DNA of 32,000 nt from Candidatus Saccharimonadota bacterium (GTDB lineage Bacteria; Patescibacteriota; Gracilibacteria; UBA4473). The translations under genes and the position numbers were made by a program. The stretch spans positions 390,001-422,000 of the forward strand of contig OZ245819.1 of NCBI GenBank assembly GCA_965228485.1. The letters are read 5' to 3'. Numbering within the stretch: the stretch's first letter is position 1; every line of letters starts with the position of its first letter. The notes beneath the pieces are model-generated. The model was given only the letters and a program-made list of their open reading frames with translations, did not search any database and was not told where the DNA came from. Below are positions 1 to 9,499 of the stretch, piece after piece.

Positions 1-570
1 TCTTTTATTGCTATCCTGGGAGCTGCAGGACTCGCTATTGGTTTAGCGCTTCAAGGAAGTTTGGCCAACTTTGCTGGTGGAGCATTAATTCTATTTTTTA
101 AACCTTTTAAGGTTGGCGATTACATTGTAACGGGAATGGGTGAAGGTTACGTTCAACAGATTCAGATATTTAATACTATTTTGAAAACTCGAGATGACCG
201 TTTCTTAATTCTTCCAAATGGAGACCTCTCAAATGGAGCTATAGACAATTACTCTGCTTTACCAAAACGCCGAGTACATGTAGATATTGGTGTGGCTTAC
301 GATTCGGATATCGATGAAGTACGCGAAATTTTAATGAAAGTTATGGAAGACCTAAAACTTCCGGATGAACCGAAAAAATGTGTTTTGGTTCATGAACTTG
401 GAGACAATGCGGTTATTATGAGATGTCGATTTTGGATGCCCGCCCCAAAAAGTTTTAAGATTCGATACGATATCAATGAAGCCGCAAAAAAAGCACTTGA
501 TAAGGCTGGCGTTGGAATTCCGTTCCCCCAAAGAGACATTCATCACTATTATCCTGAAGGTAAAAAATGA
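1..570 (+). CDS. mscS: Small-conductance mechanosensitive channel (MscS family), C-terminal part; 5' end lies outside the window
   Basis: Frame 1 is open from nt 1 (SFIAILGAAGLAIGLALQGSLANFAGGALILFFKPFKVGDYI...), which is the MscS pore-helix/beta-domain signature. The track start at 61 is an internal TTG. The TGA stop at 568-570 overlaps the next start (ATGA). Confidence 0.85.
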   Translation, partial: SFIAILGAAGLAIGLALQGSLANFAGGALILFFKPFKVGDYIVTGMGEGYVQQIQIFNTILKTRDDRFLILPNGDLSNGAIDNYSALPKRRVHVDIGVAYDSDIDEVREILMKVMEDLKLPDEPKKCVLVHELGDNAVIMRCRFWMPAPKSFKIRYDINEAAKKALDKAGVGIPFPQRDIHHYYPEGKK

Positions 571-1127
571 AACAAGCTATGATCATTCACGGCACAGAAG
601 GTTATCCAGAAGAAAACTGGTTTCCCTGGCTTAAATCTCAACTCGAATCTGAAGGCTATCAAGTTTTTGTACCTCAATTCCCTTCTCCTCCGATAATCCC
701 TGCTAATATTGAGGAATGGTGGAAAGTACTTGAAGAGTATAAAGATATAATTACTGAAGAAACAATCATTATTGGTCACAGTCTTGGTGGGCTTTTCACA
801 CTTCGCATTTTGGAAAAACTACCTCACCCTATAAAGCTTGCCGTAACTATAGGTTCTCCTGTGGGCATTGAACCGATTGCCAATTTCGATCGAGATAGCG
901 CCTTTTGTGGCTTTGATTTAGATTGGGAAAAAATTAAAACTACCAGTAAAAACTTCATCATATTTCAATCAGATAATGACCCTTATGTCTGCCTAGGAAA
1001 TGAAGAATTTTTAGCTGAAAAACTTGAAACTGACCTTTCTTTTGTTCCTAATGCTGGACATTTTAATGCTACTGCTGGATATACCGAATTCCCACAACTA
1101 ATGAAACAATTAAAACCTTATCTTTGA
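567..1127 (+). CDS. Alpha/beta-fold serine hydrolase, YdeN/RBBP9-like (Ser_hydrolase family)
   Basis: 186 aa. N-terminal IIHGTEGYPEENWFPWLK, nucleophile elbow GHSLGG, later DNDPYV and a C-terminal GHF. Size and motif order match the YdeN-type esterases. Confidence 0.7.
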   Translation: MKQAMIIHGTEGYPEENWFPWLKSQLESEGYQVFVPQFPSPPIIPANIEEWWKVLEEYKDIITEETIIIGHSLGGLFTLRILEKLPHPIKLAVTIGSPVGIEPIANFDRDSAFCGFDLDWEKIKTTSKNFIIFQSDNDPYVCLGNEEFLAEKLETDLSFVPNAGHFNATAGYTEFPQLMKQLKPYL

Positions 1128-2080
1128 TGCAAATAGCTTTTCTTGATACCCAATTAATGGGTCCCGATATTGACCTTAGTGTCTTTGAAAGTTTAGGAAC
1201 GGTTGATTTCCATACAGCAACTACGCCAGAAGAAACCATTCAGAGAATTAAAAATGCTGAGATTATTATTACTAACAAAGTAAAACTAACGGCTGAGAAT
1301 TTAAGTGAAGCTCCGAACTTAAAACTGATTGCTCTCACCTGCACTGGGACCGATGGAGTGGATTTGGAGTACTGCCGAGAAAACCATATTGCCGTGACAA
1401 ATGTCGCAGGATACTCAACCGCGAGCGTGGCTGAACAAACTTTTACCTTACTCTTTGGAGTGATGAGGCAAACTCAGTGGTTTGATCATTTTGTAAAGAA
1501 TGACTATCCCGATCATCATACCATTACAACTTTTGAAAGGAACTATCATGAAATAGCTGGAAAAACCTGGGGGATCATTGGGCTTGGTGGAATTGGGAAT
1601 AAAGTTGCTCAAATTGCGACAGCTTTTGACTGTAATGTTGTGTATCACTCTACTTCCGGAAAAAACACGAATGGTCCATATTCCCATAAGTCACTTGAAG
1701 AACTCTGTAAAGAATCTGATATTATTTCTATTCATGCGCCTCTATCTAAAAGAACAAAAAATTTGATCAATAAAGAAAATTTAAAACTTATGAAGCCAAG
1801 TGCTTACCTACTAAACCTCGGAAGAGGTGGCATTGTAAATGAAAGTGATTTAGCCGAAGCCTTAAACCAAAACCAGATTGCTGGAGCAGGGCTAGATGTC
1901 TTTGCAACAGAGCCGATAAATAGTGATAATCCTCTACTTTCACTCGATAACTCTGGAAAACTAATCACTTCACCTCACATTGCCTGGGCCAGTATCGAAG
2001 CTCGACAAAGGCTCACTCAAGAAGTCATAGAAAATATAAAAGCTTTTTCAAATGGAGAAACCAGAAACAGAATTGTTTAG
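1127..2080 (+). CDS. D-isomer-specific 2-hydroxyacid dehydrogenase (glycerate/hydroxypyruvate reductase-like)
   Basis: NAD-binding GIIGLGGIGNKVAQ, catalytic-domain LNLGRGGIVNE and GAGLDVFATEP, and HIAWAS with the catalytic His. The track starts at TTG 1124; ATG 1127 (TGATG overlap with the upstream stop) is the more likely start. Confidence 0.85.
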   Translation: MQIAFLDTQLMGPDIDLSVFESLGTVDFHTATTPEETIQRIKNAEIIITNKVKLTAENLSEAPNLKLIALTCTGTDGVDLEYCRENHIAVTNVAGYSTASVAEQTFTLLFGVMRQTQWFDHFVKNDYPDHHTITTFERNYHEIAGKTWGIIGLGGIGNKVAQIATAFDCNVVYHSTSGKNTNGPYSHKSLEELCKESDIISIHAPLSKRTKNLINKENLKLMKPSAYLLNLGRGGIVNESDLAEALNQNQIAGAGLDVFATEPINSDNPLLSLDNSGKLITSPHIAWASIEARQRLTQEVIENIKAFSNGETRNRIV

Positions 2081-2083
2081 ATT

Positions 2084-4288
2084 TTACCGATCTGGAGGAA
2101 TCTCAAAGTAGTTGAATAAGAATTCTGCCACTCTCTGGAAGGTCACCGCAGAAGTTTCGGAACCCCATTGAGAAGATTTTGGATAATCGTATTTAACCAA
2201 AATTACAAACTGAGGTTCTTTAATGGGACCAAAACCTGCAAAAGTCGCAATAGTTGTCCCCACTCCTTCTAAAGCCTTACCATTTTTATAGGTTTGTGAA
2301 GTTCCTGTTTTTCCCATAACCGAATAGCCATAAACTCTCGCAGCTCGTCCAGTTCCATTATTCACAACATTTAAGAGCATTGACTTAATAGTATTGTAAG
2401 CTCTGTCAGAAATCACTCGACGAATTGGCTCTGGGTGAAATTTTTCAGTAGCTCTACCATCTTTGTAACGCACTTCTTCCACAATGATAGGTTTCATTAG
2501 GTACCCACCATTAGCAAGAGAAGCAAAAGCCATCGTCATCTGTAATGGCGTTGAGGTAAGCCCCTGACCAAAACCCCTAGTAATAAGTTCCGACTCTGCC
2601 CAGTCTTGCCAGAACTCAACCGTCCCCTCTTCTTCCCCTGGAAGTTCAACATCTGAGTACTGCCCAAAACCAAAGTTTAGTAAATATTCATACCAGAGCT
2701 TCGCTCCCATCTTTCTGGTAATAAAAGCTATCCCGGTATTGAGGGATCGATTCAATACTGAAATCATAGAAGTTGGCCCTGCATAGGTTTTGTCCGAATT
2801 TCGAATTTTGAACTCATCTACCTCAATTGGACCATTGTCTTCATAGATTGTCTGAGGCGTCACTTCATCAGAATTTAGGGCTGCGGCCATAGTTAAGGCC
2901 TTCATAACCGATCCAGGTTCGTAACTATCGGAAATGGCTTTATTTCTAAAGACCTGAGGCCCCCAAATATTAAAGTATCTAAAGAGCTGACCATCAATAT
3001 TCTCGGTTGGAACTCTTTGATTGAAATTTTCATCATCCAAATCCTGTTGATACTGCTCTGGCGTAATTTCATATTTCAAAAAGGCTTTCCCAAATTCATT
3101 GGGGTCAAAACTTGGAGCATGTGCCATCGCTAAAATCTTTCCTGTCTTTGGTTCTACCACAATAATCTGCCCAAAGTCTGCCTGAAATCTTTCAAGATCT
3201 TCTGATAATATTTTTTCTATCTGTCCCTGAATAATTCGATCAATGGTAATCACAATATCTGCTCCATCTCGAGCCTGAGTAATTCCTGAATCTTTCCCAA
3301 GAATACGCTGTCCTCGAGTATTTGTTGCCCCATAGATATATCCTTCCTGACCTCTTAATTCGAGATCGAATCGGCCTTCGACTCCATACTGACCGCTCCC
3401 TTGGGAGTCTACAAACCCTAAAACTTGAGAAGCGAGCTCTCTCTCAGGATAATATCTCCAATGTTCATCTCTTAGTTGCACTCCTCTCAGCAAGTCTTTG
3501 TAGCGAGGATTTGATTTCATCTCAATAATTTTTTCAGAAACCTCTGGGACAATTTTATTGGTAATCTCTACATAACGACGAGGTCGTCTTTCAAGTAATT
3601 TTTCTAATTGTTCAACCTCTATATTGAGAATTTCTGTCAGCATTTCTGCCGTATTGGTAGTATCTAAAATAAGCGTTGGATTAGCTACCACTGTCGTTCC
3701 CTGGAGCTTTATCCCTGGGATTTTAAGACTTTCAATCTGCTTGGTTCTATTTTCGGCTATCTCTGTTCCAAGAATAACTCGAGTTCTTTCGATCTGAGAA
3801 AAAATATTAGACAACTCCGATGAATAGGCTTCAATCGCTGCCCTCTCAACAGGTGACCATTTTTCTGGATCGGTTTGTATCTGACATCCTTCAATTTTTT
3901 CACAATGGGCATGTATCAAAATAGGAGCCAATACTTGGGCTACTTGAGCTGGATTCCCCTTCTCTTGATCGTTTAAAGGTAAACGAGGATTGTACTTTGG
4001 ATAAGCCAGTACAAGTGGATCAACAAACAACATTTTCAGTGTACTGTTGGTCGCTAGTGGAGTTAGCTCTGATGAGAAGTAGTTTTTCTTCACCAAAATT
4101 TTCCCTCGACGTGCGGGTAAAACTGATCGCTTTTCATGCTGAGCTTTTGCCTCATTATAGTACTCTTCATGCTGGAGTACTTGGAGATTAAAAAGTCTCC
4201 AAGTAAACACTAGTGAAATCAAAAGAAACACTATTTTTATGCATCGCAAACGCCATGAAAATGATACGTCCATCTTTAGTAAAAACAT
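2084..4288 (-). CDS. Class B penicillin-binding protein (PBP2/FtsI-type transpeptidase) with N-terminal membrane anchor
   Basis: 734 aa. N-terminal hydrophobic anchor (IVFLLISLVFTW). Transpeptidase motifs SVMK (SxxK), SLN (SxN) and KTGT are present in the correct order. Confidence 0.85.
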   Translation of the reverse strand: MFLLKMDVSFSWRLRCIKIVFLLISLVFTWRLFNLQVLQHEEYYNEAKAQHEKRSVLPARRGKILVKKNYFSSELTPLATNSTLKMLFVDPLVLAYPKYNPRLPLNDQEKGNPAQVAQVLAPILIHAHCEKIEGCQIQTDPEKWSPVERAAIEAYSSELSNIFSQIERTRVILGTEIAENRTKQIESLKIPGIKLQGTTVVANPTLILDTTNTAEMLTEILNIEVEQLEKLLERRPRRYVEITNKIVPEVSEKIIEMKSNPRYKDLLRGVQLRDEHWRYYPERELASQVLGFVDSQGSGQYGVEGRFDLELRGQEGYIYGATNTRGQRILGKDSGITQARDGADIVITIDRIIQGQIEKILSEDLERFQADFGQIIVVEPKTGKILAMAHAPSFDPNEFGKAFLKYEITPEQYQQDLDDENFNQRVPTENIDGQLFRYFNIWGPQVFRNKAISDSYEPGSVMKALTMAAALNSDEVTPQTIYEDNGPIEVDEFKIRNSDKTYAGPTSMISVLNRSLNTGIAFITRKMGAKLWYEYLLNFGFGQYSDVELPGEEEGTVEFWQDWAESELITRGFGQGLTSTPLQMTMAFASLANGGYLMKPIIVEEVRYKDGRATEKFHPEPIRRVISDRAYNTIKSMLLNVVNNGTGRAARVYGYSVMGKTGTSQTYKNGKALEGVGTTIATFAGFGPIKEPQFVILVKYDYPKSSQWGSETSAVTFQRVAEFLFNYFEIPPDR

Positions 4289-4377
4289 AGTAACGCCTAG
4301 CGCTTCAAAGTCCAGTCCAAGAAAAGAATAACTCCGAGTAGACTTTCAGTAAAAAATATGCAATATAGGGAGCACCT

Positions 4378-6408
4378 ATGACAACAGAACTAGACCCTAA
4401 ATACAAAAAACAGTTCGAAAAAGATCTTAACGATATTATCTATGAGGTAAGACATTATTATCCAAACTTTGGAGATAAAGAAATTGAACGACTTCGAGAG
4501 GCTTTTTGGTTTGCAGAGGAAGCTCATAGGGATCAGAAAAGATTTTCTGGAGAACCATATTTTATTCACCCAGTCGCAGCCACAAAAATATTACTCCAAA
4601 TTCAGCCTGATATGGATACTATTTCTGCTTGTTTACTGCATGATGTTATTGAGGATACAAAAATTTCTGCAGAAATCATCGAGCAACGTTTCGGTCAAAA
4701 TGTAAAATTTTTATGCGAAGGAGTTGAGAAAATCACAAAGGTAAGACTTCAGGGGAAAGAACGTGAAGTAGAAAGTCTACGCAAACTTCTTATTGCGATG
4801 GCAAAAGATATTCGAGTTATCTTCATTAAACTTGCTGACCGTATTCATAATCTTGATACGCTCGATCACGTCCGCGAAGAAAAAAGACAAAGAATTGCCA
4901 AAGAATCTTTGGAAGTCTATGTCCCTGTAGCTGATCGTCTTGGTATCCACGAATTCAAGGTGATGATGGAAGATTTGTGTTTTAAAAATTTGGAACCAGA
5001 AGCCTATCAAAGCTTACTTAGTCAGATTAAACAAACACAAAAAGAACGTCAGGACTATATTGAAAAAGCCCAAAAAGAAATTCGAAAACTACTTACCCGT
5101 TCAAATATTACGTTTGAAACCGTTGGAGGACGAGATAAAAATATCTATTCCGTTCATCAAAAACTAAAGAGAAAGAACTATAACCAAGCCGACGAGATTC
5201 ATGATTTGTTGGGAGTTCGAGTGATTGTAGAAGATACCACTGACTGCTATCGAGTACTGGGAATTATCCATGCTCAATGGAAACCTATCCCCGGTCGATT
5301 CAAGGACTACATTGCCGTCCCCAAGGCCAATGGGTACAAAAGCTTACACACCACCGTTCTTGGACTAGCACAGAGTAAGATTCCTACAGAAATTCAGATT
5401 CGAACCAGAAAAATGCACATGGATGCTGAGTTTGGTCCAGCGGCTCACTGGGCCTATAAAATTTCTGGTGGAAGTAACCTTGATGAAGATTACCAAGAAT
5501 CTGTAAAATCTTGGATTCCAGAGGATATCACGGAAAACTTTGAACAATCGAGTGAAAAATTCTTTCAACAAATATCTCAGTCCCTCAATAGTAACCGCAT
5601 TATGGTTTTTACTCCTAAGGGAGATATTAAAAACCTAAAGAGAGGATCAACCCTCATTGACTTTGCTTACGCCATACATACTGATGTCGGAGATAGTTGT
5701 ATTGGAGCCAAAGTTAATGGAATCATCAAACCATTGGACTATATCCTTAAAGGAGGAGAAGTCGTTGAAGTTCTGACTAAAAAAGGACGAAAACCAAACC
5801 CTGCCTGGCTAGAATTTTCTCAATCAGCGAGTGCTCGACAGAAAATTCAACGACACATCAACAAAACTCAAAAAGTTGACCAACTTCATCAGAAACTGGA
5901 AAAAGAAGCCGTTTCCAAGAAAAAAGTTGAATCAAAACCCTCCGATCAAGTTCAAATGCGAGTGGCTGAGAAGAATCTTGATCTAAAAAAATTTAGTATC
6001 ATTATTGGAGGAGAAGAAGGCCTCTCGTATCGATTCGCAAAATGCTGCTCCCCAAACCCGCACAAAAATATCATTGCTTACAATACTCGCGGTCGGGACT
6101 TTGTTATTCATGATGCCGAATGTTCAGTCTACAAAAAGCTAGACCCAGCCCGATCGATGGAGGCCTACTTCATTATTCAGAAAAAATTCAGTATCTATGC
6201 AAAAGACCGAAAAGGGCTTATGAGGGATTATTCCAATACCATTAGTAGTGAAGGAATTTTTATCTGGGATATTAAGTTTAAAAGGCTCAAAAATAACATG
6301 GTGGTTTGGACCTTTGTAATAAATCTTCGAAGCGACTCTGAATATGATGCCGTCAAAAAGAAAATTCTCGCTTTAGACAACGTTATTGAGATCAAAGAGA
6401 AGAAGTGA
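4378..6408 (+). CDS. relA: Long RelA/SpoT homolog, bifunctional (p)ppGpp synthetase/hydrolase
   Basis: HD hydrolase domain (HPVAAT...LLHDVIEDT), synthetase core (YSVHQKLKRK...GYKSLHTTV...EIQIRTRKMH), TGS-like segment (VFTPKGDIKNLKRGSTLIDFAY), CCSPNP motif and a C-terminal ACT-like region. A GGGAG Shine-Dalgarno lies 6 nt upstream. Confidence 0.9.
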   Translation: MTTELDPKYKKQFEKDLNDIIYEVRHYYPNFGDKEIERLREAFWFAEEAHRDQKRFSGEPYFIHPVAATKILLQIQPDMDTISACLLHDVIEDTKISAEIIEQRFGQNVKFLCEGVEKITKVRLQGKEREVESLRKLLIAMAKDIRVIFIKLADRIHNLDTLDHVREEKRQRIAKESLEVYVPVADRLGIHEFKVMMEDLCFKNLEPEAYQSLLSQIKQTQKERQDYIEKAQKEIRKLLTRSNITFETVGGRDKNIYSVHQKLKRKNYNQADEIHDLLGVRVIVEDTTDCYRVLGIIHAQWKPIPGRFKDYIAVPKANGYKSLHTTVLGLAQSKIPTEIQIRTRKMHMDAEFGPAAHWAYKISGGSNLDEDYQESVKSWIPEDITENFEQSSEKFFQQISQSLNSNRIMVFTPKGDIKNLKRGSTLIDFAYAIHTDVGDSCIGAKVNGIIKPLDYILKGGEVVEVLTKKGRKPNPAWLEFSQSASARQKIQRHINKTQKVDQLHQKLEKEAVSKKKVESKPSDQVQMRVAEKNLDLKKFSIIIGGEEGLSYRFAKCCSPNPHKNIIAYNTRGRDFVIHDAECSVYKKLDPARSMEAYFIIQKKFSIYAKDRKGLMRDYSNTISSEGIFIWDIKFKRLKNNMVVWTFVINLRSDSEYDAVKKKILALDNVIEIKEKK

Positions 6409-6495
6409 AATTAAGAACGGATTAAGAAAAGAACAAACACAAAAAACTAAAAGAAAATAATTGACAAATTTTGTAAAGGATGTAGAAAAAGCGAG

Positions 6496-7500
6496 ATGAG
6501 TTCTCTTGAACATTTTGCGGCAAGACCAGACGGAATACAAGATGTGTATCCAATTGTTCCAGCTCTAAAAACAGGGCAGGCAGAACAAGAACCACTCACT
6601 TTAGAGGATTTTAAACATCATCATAATATTTCTGATGATTTTCGAGGTTTTTTAGTAGGGCCAAGTGGCTCAGGAAAAACAACACTACTTCGAAAACTTA
6701 ATGGAAAAGGCGTTCAGACCTTCGACGTAGATGTAGATGGAATTAAAGCTGACTTTTCAGCTTATAAAGGGGACAATAACAGTCGTGGAGAAAACCCTCG
6801 AAACGTTCCACAGAGTGTTGCCGCTTCAATTTTAACAGATTCAGACCTCAGTGCCGAAGATACAGGAAAAATTATAGAAATTATTAAAGGAGGAGAGCAA
6901 TTAACTCCTGATTTAGAGGCAAAAATTAAAAATTCAAATATTAGTGAAAGATACCAACCTAATTTAATTGGTTTTGCTAATAGCTCACAGGTTGAAGATA
7001 GTTTGGCAGGAATTACTCTTGCTATGGACCATGACAAGGGTAAGTGGGGTACGTATTATGATGAACGAGAGCAATACTGGGTTAATCGATTTTCAACCAC
7101 GGAACATGAAGACGGAATTCACGCAAGCTATATTGCTGCTGCAGGAAGTGCCTGTACTCTACCTGTTGATGTTGTAAATAATAGTCGACGGTACGCCAGC
7201 TGGATTCACCTGGTTATTGATGAGACCGAGCAAATGGAAAGGGCTATTGCGCAAATGGCCGGGAAACCAATTGATTATAAAGGGATGACTCCTCAAGCAC
7301 TTTTTGATGTCAGAAATAAAATTTATGCTTGCCTTGCTCAGGTTCAGATTCATTTTTCTGACTACAAAGACGTGAAAAATGCTGACGGTATGAGAGATCT
7401 TATTGCAGACCAACTACGGGACGCTAGTAGAAAACCTTTTTACTATTCAGAGCCTGATGGTCATTTCAAATCTCAACGACCTGGGACTGCCGCTGAGTAA
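6496..7500 (+). CDS. Hypothetical protein with Walker A P-loop (kinase/NTPase-like); family not recognised
   Basis: 334 aa uninterrupted ORF. The only motif I can read is GPSGSGKTTLLRKL (Walker A, guanylate/uridine-kinase style) at about aa 55-68. The rest has no recognisable signature. Confidence 0.6.
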   Translation: MSSLEHFAARPDGIQDVYPIVPALKTGQAEQEPLTLEDFKHHHNISDDFRGFLVGPSGSGKTTLLRKLNGKGVQTFDVDVDGIKADFSAYKGDNNSRGENPRNVPQSVAASILTDSDLSAEDTGKIIEIIKGGEQLTPDLEAKIKNSNISERYQPNLIGFANSSQVEDSLAGITLAMDHDKGKWGTYYDEREQYWVNRFSTTEHEDGIHASYIAAAGSACTLPVDVVNNSRRYASWIHLVIDETEQMERAIAQMAGKPIDYKGMTPQALFDVRNKIYACLAQVQIHFSDYKDVKNADGMRDLIADQLRDASRKPFYYSEPDGHFKSQRPGTAAE

Positions 7501-7713
7501 GACGTAACAATTTACCTCGCCAAACGTATTAACATCTGGTACAATTAGATGCCTGTTCTTTTTTGGCTTTTGGTGTATTCCCCCGATCAAAGGCGGAAAG
7601 CGTAAAATAAGTCTAAAAAACTTAAGCGCGCCTTTGTGAGGAGAGGAGGATTAGACAAAGTATTTACAGTTTTTTTGTAAGAAAAACGAAAAATATGTCG
7701 TCTAAGACAACGA

Positions 7714-8154
7714 GGGGATGTTTTGGATTCGACAAGATGAATTCCTGACGTTTTCTGGCGTTTCCGCTTGGTACAGCGTAGCGGTCATCCACGATGTACA
7801 AAACACAAGTGCTAACTCTAAAGTTACACGAGCTCACAAAGCTCTTCGGAGCTTGGCAGCTAAAGCTCGAGAAGCTGTTGCTCCTCAAGCCTACGCTTTT
7901 GCTTAATTTGAGCTCAAGGTAAATCCTAGTTGAGCCATTTGCTCCTAGGTGATTATCTGTAGAAATCGCGACTTAGATAATCTGTTTAGCGATGTAGAGC
8001 ATTATATCGATTGATAATGTCTTGAACTTTTTAAATCGAAACTTTCTGAATAGTTTGTCTATTCATATTTCAGATCGTATCTAAATAGACTACGAACGTA
8101 GAAGGGATACTTCAGTCATTTTGGACGCGGGTTCGATTCCCGCCATCTCCACCA
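7714..8154 (+). ncRNA. ssrA: tmRNA (SsrA), one-piece
   Basis: 5' GGGGATGTTTTGGATTCGAC and 3' GGACGCGGGTTCGATTCCCGCCATCTCCACCA (T-arm GCGGG/CCCGC plus CCA). The acceptor stem GGGGATG/CATCTCC has a G3.U wobble, the AlaRS identity element. An internal tag frame ends ...AYAFA* with TAA at 7904-7906. Confidence 0.9.
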
Positions 8155-8197
8155 AAAAAACTTTTTCGCACCTTAAAAGGTATGAAAAAGTTTTTTT
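8154..8197. terminator. Bidirectional rho-independent terminator between ssrA and the convergent minus-strand ORF
   Basis: Perfect 14-nt inverted repeat AAAAAAACTTTTTC (8154-8167) / GAAAAAGTTTTTTT (8184-8197), with an inner ACCTT..AAGGT stem. A and T runs are present on both sides. Confidence 0.6.
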
Positions 8198-8211
8198 AAT
8201 TGGCTATAATT

Positions 8212-8688
8212 TCAACTTTTCAACTCTTCCAACACCGCCTCTACTCTCTCTACAGCATCATCCAGACTTTTTTCAAAGGCAAGCTCAGAAAAGGGTGGTT
8301 CTGTAAATGGATTCTCCCCCACTCTAAATTGTCGATCAAAAGGGAGCTTTTCTAAGGCCTGCTTTACTCTCCACTGCTTTGCGTGTTTCGCAATTTCTTT
8401 CCAAAACTTTGTTGGATCAAAATCCAAATAATTCTGAATTAAAAACAATTGGTGCTCTGGAAACAAGTCTGAAATTGTTTTTATTACCGCCTGAAATCGA
8501 GCGAGATAAGCCATCATATCTCGTTGATCTTCAAATGTTCCTTTCGTATCTATTAGTAGTATTAAGGCTTGATTTCTTACCCATACTGAAAATTCAGCTG
8601 AATAGTTCTTTCCATCTTTTGCCTGATTAACTGAGTAGGCTGATAAATCCGCTTCTCTTTCCCATCCTTCCCATGCACATAAATCCAT
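8212..8688 (-). CDS. Hypothetical cytoplasmic protein (158 aa), no family recognised
   Basis: Clean ORF convergent with ssrA. No TM segments or signal peptide by eye, and no catalytic motif identified. Confidence 0.55.
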   Translation of the reverse strand: MDLCAWEGWEREADLSAYSVNQAKDGKNYSAEFSVWVRNQALILLIDTKGTFEDQRDMMAYLARFQAVIKTISDLFPEHQLFLIQNYLDFDPTKFWKEIAKHAKQWRVKQALEKLPFDRQFRVGENPFTEPPFSELAFEKSLDDAVERVEAVLEELKS

Positions 8689-8755
8689 AAACCACCTATA
8701 ACATAATCAAATAATCTGTAAACAATACATTCAAGTTATCATCAACAAATAAAAC

Positions 8756-8785
8756 TTGCACTAATCTTTCGGTATACCCTATTAT
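8756..8785 (+). promoter_or_regulatory. Candidate sigma70-type promoter for the aquaporin gene
   Basis: TTGCAC (8756-8761), an 18 nt spacer, then TATTAT (8780-8785), about 35 nt upstream of ATG 8819. Confidence 0.3.
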
Positions 8786-8818
8786 AGTTTTTGACTTACC
8801 TTTTAACCCCATAAAAAC

Positions 8819-9445
8819 ATGCAAGTTCAAAAATACGTCGCCGAACTCCTGGCGACATTTTCTCTAGCGTTTGCGGTTTCGGCTTCAATTGTTAATGATC
8901 TCCCGATCGCCACACCATTTATTGCGGCACTTACTCTTTGTTTATTTGTTTACACTATTGGAGGTGTTAGTGGTGCGCACCTTAATCCTGCAATCACCAT
9001 CGCTCTCGCTACTATAAAGAAAATTTCTCCAATGGAGGCTGTCATTTATGTAGCTTCTCAATGTATAGGAGCGGTTCTAGCTCTACAAGCCTGTCTTGTG
9101 ATGTTCGGTAATGAACCAGGAGCCGTTATGACTGGTGGTATAAATATTGGTGTTGCGGAAGCTATCGGAGCTTTCTTCTTAGCTTTTGGTGTGGCTTTTG
9201 CCGTTCACCGAGGAACTGAAAACAACAACGGAATTGTGGTTGGAGGATCGCTACTTCTTGGGATTCTTGTAGCCGCAGGAGTCTCTAATGGAGTACTTAA
9301 TCCAGCCGTAGCGCTGGCTGTTGGAGGAATTGATACGGTTTCACTTACCTACACTTTCGCCCCAATCGTAGGAGCTATCGTTGCTATGTGGCTTTATGTT
9401 TACATCATCGATGAGTGCCCTTGTGGAGGAAAAAAGAAGAAGTAA
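8819..9445 (+). CDS. MIP-family channel (aquaporin / glycerol facilitator-like)
   Basis: Two NPA boxes (SGAHLNPAITIA and NGVLNPAVALA) and six hydrophobic segments. It is short (208 aa) and ends in an unusual CPCGGKKKK tail. Confidence 0.9.
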   Translation: MQVQKYVAELLATFSLAFAVSASIVNDLPIATPFIAALTLCLFVYTIGGVSGAHLNPAITIALATIKKISPMEAVIYVASQCIGAVLALQACLVMFGNEPGAVMTGGINIGVAEAIGAFFLAFGVAFAVHRGTENNNGIVVGGSLLLGILVAAGVSNGVLNPAVALAVGGIDTVSLTYTFAPIVGAIVAMWLYVYIIDECPCGGKKKK

Positions 9446-9472
9446 TTAAAAATAACACTTCAAAGAAAGAAA

Positions 9473-9499
9473 GGCCTGAGTTGTTCAGGTCTTTTTTTT
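9473..9499 (+). terminator. Rho-independent terminator after the aquaporin gene
   Basis: GGCCTGA (9473-9479), loop gttgt, TCAGGTC (9485-9491, one G.U pair), followed by T8 (9492-9499). Confidence 0.6.

Noticed and set aside
7664-8306. ORFs 7664-7888(-), 7718-7906(+) and 8121-8306(+).
   Set aside because: They overlap the tmRNA gene. The 7718-7906 frame is merely the upstream extension of the tmRNA tag frame.
8155-8700. Possible genomic island integrated at the tmRNA 3' end, a classic att site, with the unknown 158-aa ORF as cargo.
   Set aside because: There is no integrase or recombinase nearby. By eye I found no second copy of the tmRNA 3' end (GGTTCGATTCCCGCC...) downstream. Housekeeping genes (aquaporin, rpsT) follow immediately.
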